Below, one piece after another: positions 20,503 to 29,233 of a DNA stretch of 64,000 nucleotides. The stretch is from an uncultured Desulfobacteraceae bacterium (GTDB lineage Bacteria; Desulfobacterota; Desulfobacteria; Desulfobacterales; JALSRD01): contig CAYUAQ010000002.1 in the NCBI GenBank assembly GCA_964442705.1, forward strand, positions 5,959 to 69,958, in the 5' to 3' direction. How positions within the stretch are numbered: position 1 is the stretch's first letter; every line of letters begins with the position of its first letter. The position numbers were made by a program, and so were the translations under genes. Below the pieces are notes generated by a model. That model was not told the DNA's origin. It searched no databases and worked only from the letters and a program-made list of their open reading frames with translations.

Positions 20503-20850
20503 CTAATTCGCGCGTCGGCCGCCCCGTCGGCCACGACCCCGGCCGGTTCCGTCACAGGTTCCTTTTCCAGGGCTATCTGACCTGCCGTATCGATACCCCT
20601 GCCCTTCAGCCGGTGCATTTGCCGGGCGACCGCGGTAGCGCGCCGCCTCTTCGGGCGCCATGGATCGAACCCGCTTCTGCCATTCCTGCCGGAAAGCCTG
20701 TCTTTCCTGGTCGGTGGCACTTCCCATGGTTCCGCGCAGGGCGCTGAGCTCCTCGTTGCTCATGGCGGCATAGTCGGCCGCGAACGCCGGCAGGCCCAGC
20801 ATTCCTGCGACCAGCAGTGCAACGAGCGTTGTGGATATGGTCTTTTTCAT
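20503..20850 (-). CDS. small secreted protein (DUF1104-like helical region, Arg/Gly-rich tail)
   Basis: 115 aa. Signal peptide MKKTISTTLVALLVAGMLGLPAFA, then MSNEELSALRGTM...ERQAFRQEWQKRVRSMAPEE. First gene after the sigma-54-like promoter. Confidence 0.6.
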   Translation of the reverse strand: MKKTISTTLVALLVAGMLGLPAFAADYAAMSNEELSALRGTMGSATDQERQAFRQEWQKRVRSMAPEEAARYRGRPANAPAEGQGYRYGRSDSPGKGTCDGTGRGRGRRGGRRAN

Positions 20851-20917
20851 GGTCCGGCTCCTCTCCCTTGAAATATAGATGGCTGTATGGTTACGACCAA
20901 TTCATCCTGTGCTCATA

Positions 20918-20932
20918 TCAAGAGGCGTGCCA
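20918..20932 (-). promoter_or_regulatory. candidate sigma-54 (-24/-12) promoter
   Basis: Minus strand reads TGGCAC-GCCTC-TTGAT. The -24 box is perfect and the GG-N10 spacing is correct, but the -12 element is TTGA rather than TTGC. It lies about 70-80 nt upstream of the 20850 start. Confidence 0.35.
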
Positions 20933-21004
20933 AATTGTTTTTGTCTATATTTCGGATAGTTGTATATTTTTCAAGTACGGACCCAGCGGCAATCGATGTT
21001 TTTC

Positions 21005-21022
21005 TTCGACGATTTTGTCGAA
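21005..21022. promoter_or_regulatory. candidate enhancer (UAS) palindrome for the NtrC-type activator
   Basis: TTCGAC-GATTTT-GTCGAA, perfect 6-bp arms, about 75-90 nt upstream of the sigma-54-like box. The half-site ATTTTGTCGA recurs at 21082-21091. Confidence 0.3.
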
Positions 21023-21302
21023 TTTCTGGCGTGAGTGTGCTCCTAAAACGCACGGCGGGCATAAAGGTTACAGTTTTTTAAATTTTGTCGAGATCTCCGG
21101 AAATGACGCTTCCCTGCACGGCCTTGAGAACGGTCTTTACAGCCCATGGCAAAATTGATACATCACCACCATTAAAAGACGCCCAAAACAGGCCGGCCGT
21201 TAATTGGCGGCGCCTGATGCGCATTCGGTTTACTGCCGTCCGCCGCGGCGCAAAACCATAGGTTCCGACAGCTGTCCAGCAGCAGCAGACGCGGAAGGGG
21301 AA

Positions 21303-22661
21303 ATGACGATGGCCGACTTTCTGGAGTTTGTAAAAAGCAGGGATCCCTACGAGAGAGAGTTCCACCAGGCTGTGCAGGGCGTGCTCGGCAGCGTCCGGCC
21401 CCTTTTGGACCAGAACCACGCCTACCTTCAGGCCGGCATTCTTGAGCGCATCACCGAACCGGAGCGCGTCATCACATTCCGGGTACCCTGGATGGACGGC
21501 CGGGGGCGGGTGTGCGTCAACCGCGGCTACATGGTGGAGATGAACAACGCCGTGGGGCCTTTCAAGGGGGGGCTGCGCTTTCACCCTTCCGTCAACCAAA
21601 GCATCCTCAAGTTCCTGGCCTTCGAGCAGGTCTTTAAAAACGCGCTCACCACCCTGCCCATGGGGGGTGCCGCCGGTGGTTCCGATTTCGACCCCAAGGG
21701 CAAATCAGACGCCGAGGTGATGGAGTTCTGCCAGAGTTTCATGAAAGAGCTCTTCCGCCACATCGGCCCCTGCACCGACATTCCCGGAAGCGACATCGGC
21801 GTCGGCACCCGGGAGATCGGCTATCTTTTCGGGATGTACCGCAAGCTGAAAAACGAGTTCACCGGGGCGCTCACCGGCAAGGGTATCGGCTGGGGCGGAA
21901 GCCTCTTCCGGCAGGAGGCCGCCGGTTACGGAGCCGTCTACTTTGCCGCCGAAATGATGAAAGAGCGCTGGAGCCTATCCCTGCAGGGCAGAACCTGCCT
22001 GGTTTCCGGATCGGGAAAAGTGGCTCTCTCGACTGCCGAGAAACTCATCGACCTGGGTGCCAAAGTCCTCACCCTGTCGGATTCCACGGGCTATATTTAT
22101 GACGACGACGGGATAAACCGTGAAAAGCTGGAGTTCGTCAAACGGCTGAAAAACATCCGGCGGGGGCGTATCGAGGAGTACACCGAAAAGTATCCGTCCG
22201 CCGAATACCGCTCACTTCACGAAGCCATGGAACATAATCCTCTCTGGCGGCATCGGGCCGAATGCGCCTTTCCCGCCGCTACCCAGAACGAGATCAACCT
22301 GAAAGACGCCTACCATCTGATCAACAACAACGTGCGGCTCATCTGCGAATGCGCCAACATGCCCTGCACCACCGAAGCGGTGGAAATTTTCCAGAAAAAA
22401 AACATTCTGTACGCCCCCGGCAAGGCGGCCAACGCCGGCGGCGCGGCCGTATCGGGCCTGGAGATGACCCAGAACAGCACCCATCTTCCCTGGAGCCTGG
22501 AAGAGCTGGACAGCCGGCTTGAGATGATCATGAAGAACATCCACACCACCTGCCTGGAGGCCGCCGAACGATATGGGTGCCCGGGGAATTACGCCGTCGG
22601 CGCCAACATTGCCGGTTTCAGCAAAGTGGCCGAGGCCATGCTGGACCAGGGACTGCTCTGA
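21303..22661 (+). CDS. gdhA: NADP-specific glutamate dehydrogenase
   Basis: Start at MTMADFLEF (21303, GGAAGGGGA RBS). Motifs: KGGLRFHPSV, LPMGGAAGGSDFDPKGKS, GSGKVA dinucleotide fold. Confidence 0.92.
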   Translation: MTMADFLEFVKSRDPYEREFHQAVQGVLGSVRPLLDQNHAYLQAGILERITEPERVITFRVPWMDGRGRVCVNRGYMVEMNNAVGPFKGGLRFHPSVNQSILKFLAFEQVFKNALTTLPMGGAAGGSDFDPKGKSDAEVMEFCQSFMKELFRHIGPCTDIPGSDIGVGTREIGYLFGMYRKLKNEFTGALTGKGIGWGGSLFRQEAAGYGAVYFAAEMMKERWSLSLQGRTCLVSGSGKVALSTAEKLIDLGAKVLTLSDSTGYIYDDDGINREKLEFVKRLKNIRRGRIEEYTEKYPSAEYRSLHEAMEHNPLWRHRAECAFPAATQNEINLKDAYHLINNNVRLICECANMPCTTEAVEIFQKKNILYAPGKAANAGGAAVSGLEMTQNSTHLPWSLEELDSRLEMIMKNIHTTCLEAAERYGCPGNYAVGANIAGFSKVAEAMLDQGLL

Positions 22662-22695
22662 AAAATCGCCTCAACCCCAGTGGGGAGATGCACCC

Positions 22696-23169
22696 ATGGA
22701 AGAAAAGCAATTGCTGGAAGGCAAAAGGCTTCTCATTGTTGATGACGAAGCGGATGTCCTGGAAGTACTTGAAGAGTTGCTCGATATGTGCAGGATCACC
22801 AAAGCGTCCAGTTTCGAAGAGGCCCGGGATCTGCTGGAAAATCAGTACTTCGACATGGCCATACTGGATATCATGGGAGTCAAGGGTTATGAGCTGCTGG
22901 AAATCTGCAACCGCAAACGGGTCATACCCGTTATGCTGACCGCCTATGCCATGACTCCTGAAGACATCAAAAGATCCTATGAAAACGGTGCGGCATCATT
23001 TGTACCCAAGGAAAAAATGGCCGACATCACGATCTATCTGACCGACATTTACGAGGCCAGGGAAAAAGGTAAGAACCTCTGGTGGCGGTGGTTCGATCGC
23101 CTGGCGGACTACTGTGAAAGAAAATTCGGGCCCGACTGGCAGAAGGAGCACGGATTCAAAGTGAGGTAG
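22696..23169 (+). CDS. CheY-like single-domain response regulator with short C-terminal extension
   Basis: Start at MEEKQLLEGKRLLIVDDE (22696). REC motifs: DD, D in AILDIMG, T in LTAY, K in VPKE. Confidence 0.8.
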   Translation: MEEKQLLEGKRLLIVDDEADVLEVLEELLDMCRITKASSFEEARDLLENQYFDMAILDIMGVKGYELLEICNRKRVIPVMLTAYAMTPEDIKRSYENGAASFVPKEKMADITIYLTDIYEAREKGKNLWWRWFDRLADYCERKFGPDWQKEHGFKVR

Positions 23170-23174
23170 CGCGA

Positions 23175-24476
23175 TTACAGCATTTTTTGAGGAAGCCACA
23201 GTGCCAGCTGGGGAAACAGCATGGTCAGCAGCAGTACAATCAGCTGCATGGCCACGAAGGGGGGAACCGACCGCCAGATATCTTTGGTGTGAATCTCCGG
23301 CGGGGCAACGCCCTTCATCAGAATCAGGGCCCAGCCGAAGGGCGGCGTCAGGTAGGCCACCTGCATGTTGAGGATGAAAATAATGGCAAACCAGGTGGGA
23401 TCGAAGTGCAGGGTCACGGCAATGGGGATGAAAATGGGCGCGCAGATGGTCAGCACGGCGTAATCGTCCATGAACATGCCAAATACCAGCAGAATGAGCT
23501 GCATGGCGCCCAGAATGAGCCAGCGGTTGACGGCCAGCCCTTCAATCAACTCCATCACCATACCCTGTGCACCGGCACTGGTGTACACCACGCCGAAAAA
23601 GGTGGCCGTCACCAGAATCCACAGGGCCATGCCGCTGATCTTCATGGTTTCCAGGCACGAGTCGGTGACCACTTTCCAGTTCAGCCGGCCGTAGATGATG
23701 CAGATCACGAAGGAGCCGAAGGCCCCCACGCCGGCGGCTTCGGTGGGCGTGGCCACGCCGAAAAAGATGGAGCCCAGCACCAGCACCACCAGCAGGGCCG
23801 GCAGCACGATATCCTTCAGCGACACGAGCCTGGCTTGCCAGGTGGTTTCCCGCTCGGTTCTAGGCGCCAAGTCAGGCTGCAGATAGCAGCGCACCAGGAT
23901 GTAGATCATGTACAGCGTGGCGGTGATGAATCCGGGAATGGCGCCGCCGAAGAAAATCTTGCCGATGGAGATACGCGAGATATAGGCAAATATGATCATG
24001 ATGATGCTGGGCGGTATGATTTCGCCCAGCACCCCGCCGGCCATCACACTACCAAGGGCCAGTGATTTGTTGTAGCGGTGCTTCAACATGGCGGGAACCG
24101 CGATGAGCCCCATGGTGAGGATGCCGGGTCCGAATCCGCCGCACATGGCCAAAGCGACACACACGCCCACGGACACGATGGCCAGCCCGCCTCTGATGCC
24201 CGAAAGCCAGATATTGAGGGCCTTGAACAGGCGGTCGGATATGCCGGAGTGAATCAGGAAGTTGCCCATGAGCAGAAACAGGGGGATGGTGATGAGCCCC
24301 TGATCCGTGATCTGCCGGTAGGTGGTCGTGGCGATGATGTACAGGCCGTTGGCGCCGTCCAGCAGAAACGTCACCGCCACGCTGATGGCGCCCAGGGCGA
24401 AAACCACCGGTACCCCCATGGCCAGGAAGAAAAGCAGCCCGCCGAACAAAAGGGCTGTCGCCGCTTCAATGCTCAT
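23175..24476 (-). CDS. TRAP transporter large permease (DctM family)
   Basis: 433 aa, about 12 TM, with typical DctM N- and C-termini. Adjacent to DctQ/DctP-type genes. Confidence 0.88.
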   Translation of the reverse strand: MSIEAATALLFGGLLFFLAMGVPVVFALGAISVAVTFLLDGANGLYIIATTTYRQITDQGLITIPLFLLMGNFLIHSGISDRLFKALNIWLSGIRGGLAIVSVGVCVALAMCGGFGPGILTMGLIAVPAMLKHRYNKSLALGSVMAGGVLGEIIPPSIIMIIFAYISRISIGKIFFGGAIPGFITATLYMIYILVRCYLQPDLAPRTERETTWQARLVSLKDIVLPALLVVLVLGSIFFGVATPTEAAGVGAFGSFVICIIYGRLNWKVVTDSCLETMKISGMALWILVTATFFGVVYTSAGAQGMVMELIEGLAVNRWLILGAMQLILLVFGMFMDDYAVLTICAPIFIPIAVTLHFDPTWFAIIFILNMQVAYLTPPFGWALILMKGVAPPEIHTKDIWRSVPPFVAMQLIVLLLTMLFPQLALWLPQKML

Positions 24477-24495
24477 CTGGGTTCATCCTCGCTCA

Positions 24496-24984
24496 TCAGT
24501 CATCCCGGCGCAGGAAGCGGGAGACCCCTTCCAGCAGGAAAAGAAAGACCACCACCGGTATCAGCAGTTTGAACGGATACAGGGGAATGCGGAAGGCCCC
24601 CGGTGCTTTCTCTTTCATCATCAGAGAGTTCCATCCCATCCAGGACGACTGCCAGACGAGCACGCCCAGGAAGACAAGCAGCGCCACCAGGGCGATCAAG
24701 CGGGCCGTCTTTTTGAGTCGCGGCGGGAAATGGTCGTAGAATATCTCGATGCGGATGTGTTCGCCCCGGTATAGCGTGTATACGCCCGCGAACAGGATAA
24801 AAACACCGAAGAGGATCCGGTTCAGCATCCAGCCCCACATCAGCGGGTGGTTGAAGACGTATCGGGCAACCACATCGAGGGCGGTGATGGCCATGATGAC
24901 GAATATGAGGTAGCATACGATGCGGCCGGATCGGTCGGAAACCGAGTCGACAATATCAAAAAACCGGTTTAAAGCACGATTCAT
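24496..24984 (-). CDS. TRAP transporter small permease (DctQ family)
   Basis: Start at MNRALNRFFD (24984). About 160 aa, 4 TM helices. Confidence 0.8.
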   Translation of the reverse strand: MNRALNRFFDIVDSVSDRSGRIVCYLIFVIMAITALDVVARYVFNHPLMWGWMLNRILFGVFILFAGVYTLYRGEHIRIEIFYDHFPPRLKKTARLIALVALLVFLGVLVWQSSWMGWNSLMMKEKAPGAFRIPLYPFKLLIPVVVFLFLLEGVSRFLRRDD

Positions 24985-25102
24985 CTTGATCGTCCCAGTG
25001 GCTAGGCCACGTGAGGGCGGGAAAAAACCAGGAGGGTGCCTGCGCACCCTCCTCGCAACTTCCCGCTGATTTTCCTGGCAGAAAAAAGGCGGCCGCGGGA
25101 GG

Positions 25103-26161
25103 CTACTTCAAGGTCTTTCGCCACGCCTTGAGCATCTTGATACCCTCGGCGGCCGCAGCGTCACGAGCAGCGATCTTGTTCCACAGCTTGTAGGCCGCCG
25201 CCTCGTGCTTCTTGTCGCAGGCAGCGTCAATGGGGCTGTTGATGACCTTGCCCTCCTTGACCAGCTTGTCCACCTTATTCATCTCGCCGGCATACACCTT
25301 GTTCAGGGCATGGTAATAGTCCTCGGCCGCACCGGCCAAGGCTTTCTGCAGTTCGGGCGGCAGCGACTTCCAGGTCTCCATGTTGACCAGAATATGGCCC
25401 GGCACCACGTCGTTCTGCCCGCCGATGATGCGGTAGGGGGCAACCTCCTGCCACTTGAGGCCCGTGATGGCGCTGACATCCCACTGGGAGGCGTCGATGG
25501 TGCCCAGTTTCAAGCCCATGTATGCGTCCATGCCGCTGATATAGGTACCATGGGCGCCGAGCATGTTGTAGTAATCCGCCCAGGAACCCTCCACGCGTAT
25601 TTTCATGCCTTTGAGATCATCACAGGTCTTGACCGCTTTGGTAGACATGGTGAACAGGGGGCCGTAGGAGTGCATGTCCAGCCAGTAGAGCCCCTGCTTG
25701 CCGTATTCCCGGCGCAGCAGATCCGCAAAACCGGTATTGAAGAAAAAACCCCGAACCGTGTCGCCAGCCTTGAAAACATCGGGATGTCCGGGAAGGTTGT
25801 AGGCATAGGGCAGGCCGAATTCCACCTCACCCACGGGCACGATCCCACCCCACATGGCGGCAACCGCATGCAGCATGGTCAGGGTCCCCTTTTTGGTGGC
25901 CTCGAAGAGCTGCTCGGCCGGCACCAGTTCTGGATCGGCGAAAACCTGAATTTTGATCCGTCCCTTGCTCCTCTTGTCCGCCGACTTGGCGAATTCCTTG
26001 AGCAGTTCCATGGACACATCACCCCGCGGATAGGCGGACTGGATCTTCATGCGATAGACTTTTTCGCCGGCCTGGGCGTCGGCGCCACCGAACATCAGGG
26101 GAATCACGAAGAGGATCATCGTGACGATGGAAATCAGAATCAAAACGCGTTTTGCTTTCAT
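25103..26161 (-). CDS. TRAP transporter substrate-binding protein (DctP family)
   Basis: Start at MKAKRVLILIS (26161) with a GGGAGGAAGG RBS. Signal peptide, and DctP-like body (KIQSAYPRGD..., MKIRVEGSW...). Confidence 0.85.
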   Translation of the reverse strand: MKAKRVLILISIVTMILFVIPLMFGGADAQAGEKVYRMKIQSAYPRGDVSMELLKEFAKSADKRSKGRIKIQVFADPELVPAEQLFEATKKGTLTMLHAVAAMWGGIVPVGEVEFGLPYAYNLPGHPDVFKAGDTVRGFFFNTGFADLLRREYGKQGLYWLDMHSYGPLFTMSTKAVKTCDDLKGMKIRVEGSWADYYNMLGAHGTYISGMDAYMGLKLGTIDASQWDVSAITGLKWQEVAPYRIIGGQNDVVPGHILVNMETWKSLPPELQKALAGAAEDYYHALNKVYAGEMNKVDKLVKEGKVINSPIDAACDKKHEAAAYKLWNKIAARDAAAAEGIKMLKAWRKTLK

Positions 26162-26338
26162 CGGCCTTCCTCCCTTCTGGTTGATACGTTCCATGTAAAA
26201 AAAGAACAGCGATCCTCCTTGAATATCACCTCCCTGCAGGACGAAAACACCCGTGGGGCCAGGGTTGGAAAACCCGGATGCACGGCTGGAAAAGGGCGGC
26301 CGGTATGCGCCCGATGACGATCTGCGGAGAATGAATCA

Positions 26339-26367
26339 TATTTAGTAAAGACCGCCCGGTCTGTCAA
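26339..26367 (-). promoter_or_regulatory. candidate sigma-70-type promoter of the TRAP operon
   Basis: Minus strand: TTGACA (26367-26362), 17 nt (contains the inverted repeat GACCG-GG-CGGTC), TAAATA (26344-26339). It would leave a leader of about 170 nt. Confidence 0.35.
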
Positions 26368-26469
26368 CCCGCACATCCCCGTCGTTATCAGAGCAATCGC
26401 AGGCAGCATGACCCGCCGGTGCGACCAGGCATCGCCTGCGCTGCGGGAGCCCCGGCGGGAATGCAACCT

Positions 26470-26886
26470 TCACCTCCTGCCGACCAGATAGGACCCCAGG
26501 ATCGCCTCGGCCTCGATCTCGACCAGGTGCTCCGGTCTCGCCAGGGCCTTGACTTCGGCCATGGCGATGACCGGCCGGATGTCCCTGAACCACTCCGAGT
26601 ACGCCTTCAGGTACTCCCGGCCGCGGCTGATGTCGGTGACATAAAAGCGCACCCGCACGACATTGGACATACGCGCACCGGCCTGCTGCAGGACGTCTTC
26701 GATCTTCTGGAGGATGATTTTCGTCTGCAGGTAGGCATCCCCCGGGGCCTCCACCTCGCCCCTGGCGTTGGTGGTCGTCGTGCCGCCCACCAGGACCATA
26801 TTGCCGACCCGCACCGCCCGGCTGTAACCGGCCTTGTCCTCGAAGGGCGCTCCGGATGAATAATTTTTCCGCTTCAACAATTCCAT
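26470..26886 (-). CDS. RidA/YjgF-family reactive imine/enamine deaminase-like protein
   Basis: 138 aa. YSRAVRVGNMVLVGGTT..., ...NVVRVRFYVTD..., ...LVEIEAEA are typical of the YjgF/RidA fold. Confidence 0.8.
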   Translation of the reverse strand: MELLKRKNYSSGAPFEDKAGYSRAVRVGNMVLVGGTTTTNARGEVEAPGDAYLQTKIILQKIEDVLQQAGARMSNVVRVRFYVTDISRGREYLKAYSEWFRDIRPVIAMAEVKALARPEHLVEIEAEAILGSYLVGRR

Positions 26887-26979
26887 GGATGGCTTCCACT
26901 TTCTCTCAATGCGTTTTGCAGAAATCCCGGCGGCGCCTGCTGCCGTGCGGCCATGCCGGCGCGAAACCGTTCCCCGGCG

Positions 26980-27708
26980 TCACGCGCGGTCGTCGAGCTG
27001 CGCAAATTCCTTCACCATGTTGTCGAGCAACCCGGCGGCCAGGTCATAAGGGTCCGGCAGCCGGGCGGTCTGCTCCAGCACGTTGCGGACCCCGGCCACG
27101 AAGGGGCCCGTTTTCCACTCGTGCCCGAATTCTTCGGCAAACCGGCGCACCATGTCCCGGGTGTATTCCGGGTGAAACTGCAGGCCGACCACCGGTCTGC
27201 CCGCCAGGACAAAGGCCTGGTTGGGGGTGGGCGGACTGCTGGCCAGCCGCACACCCCCGGGCGGCAGCGAAAAATGGTCCGCGTGCCAGTGGAAGGTCAC
27301 AAAGGGGTCGGCAACATCGCGAAACAGGAAAGAGCGGCGGCCCTCATCCGTCAAGTGCACGGGATACCACCCGATCTCCTCCTGTTCGCTGGGAAAAACC
27401 CGTCCCCCCAGGATCTCGGCCAGCAGCTGGGCACCGAAGCAGACGCCCAGCACGATCTTTCCGCGATCCACCACTTCGGCAATGAACCGCTTTTCGTCCG
27501 TCAGCCAGGGATGGGCAGCTTCTTCCCAGACATGGGGAGCGCCCCCCATGACCATCAGCCAGTCGAAATCGTCCGGCTGCGGCAGGGCCTGGCCGCTGCA
27601 CAGGTATGTCTGCGCGAGGGAGTGCCCCCTCTCCCGTGCCCAACGTGTGATGTGGGTCCGGGAAAAATCCAGCGAGTCGTGCTCCAGCAGGTGAATTCTC
27701 ATGGTCAC
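26980..27708 (-). CDS. class I glutamine amidotransferase-like protein (possible gamma-glutamyl amide hydrolase)
   Basis: 242 aa. Nucleophile elbow VLGVCFGAQLLA and His/Glu in LQFHPE. Starts 12 nt after the AldDH stop. Confidence 0.8.
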   Translation of the reverse strand: MTMRIHLLEHDSLDFSRTHITRWARERGHSLAQTYLCSGQALPQPDDFDWLMVMGGAPHVWEEAAHPWLTDEKRFIAEVVDRGKIVLGVCFGAQLLAEILGGRVFPSEQEEIGWYPVHLTDEGRRSFLFRDVADPFVTFHWHADHFSLPPGGVRLASSPPTPNQAFVLAGRPVVGLQFHPEYTRDMVRRFAEEFGHEWKTGPFVAGVRNVLEQTARLPDPYDLAAGLLDNMVKEFAQLDDRA

Positions 27709-27720
27709 TGATTCCGCGGC

Positions 27721-29193
27721 TCACGGCCGGCTGCCGTATCGGTAGCGCAGGTCGTCGGTCATCACGCAGCGGCGGATGCGGGTAAACGAGCGCGGCCGGG
27801 TGTGGCCCTCGCCGTTGGTGGCGATGTGGAAAGAGACGTAGCCCTCCCCGGTGACGCCCACCCCGCCCAGGCCGCAGGCCCCGTTCTTTACGAAGGAGGC
27901 GCAGTCGGCGCGGCTGGCCATTTTCTGGATGTTCACCAAGCTGCTGGAGTGGATCGCCATGGTGTGTCCGAATCCCTGTTCGGCCGCCAGGGCCCGTTCG
28001 ATGGCCTGGTCCACGTCGAGGCAGCGCACCAGCGGCAGTATTGGCATGATCTGTTCGGTCCACACCAGGGGGTGGTCGGCATCGGTTTCCAGGATGACGA
28101 TCTGTACCTCGGGCCCCACCTCCAGGCCGATGGATTTCAGGATGAAGGCCGGTGACTTTCCGATGTAGTCCATGTTGATCACGCCGGGCGTGCCCGGCTC
28201 CCCGACTTCCTTGAAGATGTGCTTGAGCAGTGCTTCCCCCTGGGCCGCGTCGATCTCGTAGGCGCCATGCTCTTTCAGTTTGCGCTTCAACGGCTCCGCC
28301 ACCGCTTCGACCACGAAGATCTCCTTCTCGCTGGCGCAGGCGATGCAGTTGGAGAAGCCGGCACCCTGCACGATGCAGCTTGCGGCGCGGTCCAAGTCGG
28401 CGGTTTCGTCCACCACCACCGGCGGGTTGCCCGGACCGCCGGCGATGACCCGTTTGCCCGTCCGGGTGGCGAAATCCACCACCCCGTGACCGCCGGTGAC
28501 GGCGATCATGCCGATGTCGGGGTGGGTCATGAGATGCTGGGCCGAGGGCACCGAGGGCTCTTCCAGGCAGCACAGGCAGTTGGCCGGTCCGCCGGCTGCC
28601 GTGACGGCGGCGTTGAGGTCGCGGATCACCCGCGCCGACACCTCTTTAGTCCTGGGGTGGGGGTTGACCACCACGGTGTTGCCGCCGGCGAGCATCATGA
28701 CGGCGTTGAAGAGAATGCTGGGCGCCGCGTTGGTGACCGGGTGCACCGAGGCGATCACCCCCACCGGCAGCCGCTCGATGATGGTGACCCCCTTGTCGCC
28801 GGCGTAGACCTCGGGCGCCAGGTCCTCCATGCCCATGACCTCGCAGGCGGAGGTGTTCTTGCCCACGTTGTCCCCGGCCTTGCCGAGCCCGGTCTCTTCG
28901 AACTCCATGTTCCCGTAAATTTTGGCGTTTGCCCGTCCGGTCTCGCGAATGGCGTCAATCAGTCGCCCGCGCACCGCCAGCTGCAGGGCCACCAGTTTTT
29001 GCTGCGCCTGGCGGGCCGCCTGGATGCAGGCATCCATGTCCTGGAAAACACCGTCGGTGACGGTGCCTGTGGCGTCATCGCCGCCGGTTTCGCGTGTTTC
29101 GGCTGCGGGCGCAGGGTCGTTCTGCTCCTCCCGGGCGAGCCTGTCCACGACGGTTTCCACGATGCGTTCGATGAGTTTCTCGTCGAGTTTCAT
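27721..29193 (-). CDS. CoA-acylating aldehyde dehydrogenase (PduP/EutE type) with N-terminal encapsulation-peptide-like helix
   Basis: 490 aa. N-terminal amphipathic helix DEKLIERIVETVVDRLA plus a Pro/Ala/Gly/Asp linker. Catalytic-Cys region FSNCIACASEKE. C-terminus ...RSFTRIRRCVM, as in BMC aldehyde dehydrogenases. Confidence 0.9.
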   Translation of the reverse strand: MKLDEKLIERIVETVVDRLAREEQNDPAPAAETRETGGDDATGTVTDGVFQDMDACIQAARQAQQKLVALQLAVRGRLIDAIRETGRANAKIYGNMEFEETGLGKAGDNVGKNTSACEVMGMEDLAPEVYAGDKGVTIIERLPVGVIASVHPVTNAAPSILFNAVMMLAGGNTVVVNPHPRTKEVSARVIRDLNAAVTAAGGPANCLCCLEEPSVPSAQHLMTHPDIGMIAVTGGHGVVDFATRTGKRVIAGGPGNPPVVVDETADLDRAASCIVQGAGFSNCIACASEKEIFVVEAVAEPLKRKLKEHGAYEIDAAQGEALLKHIFKEVGEPGTPGVINMDYIGKSPAFILKSIGLEVGPEVQIVILETDADHPLVWTEQIMPILPLVRCLDVDQAIERALAAEQGFGHTMAIHSSSLVNIQKMASRADCASFVKNGACGLGGVGVTGEGYVSFHIATNGEGHTRPRSFTRIRRCVMTDDLRYRYGSRP

Positions 29194-29233
29194 GTCGGTT
29201 CTCTTTTGGTTTGCGGGTCGACCGGAAGCCTTC

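Noticed and set aside
21100-21302. Sigma-54 or other special promoter upstream of gdhA (e.g. TGGCAAAATTGATAC)
   Set aside because: It lacks the TTGC -12 element at correct spacing, and no convincing -35/-10 pair was found either. Left unannotated.
27344-28573. 409-aa minus-strand ORF in an alternative frame of the aldehyde dehydrogenase gene
   Set aside because: It overlaps a frame with unmistakable AldDH motifs. The product is extremely Arg/Gly/Pro/His-rich, a GC-driven open frame.
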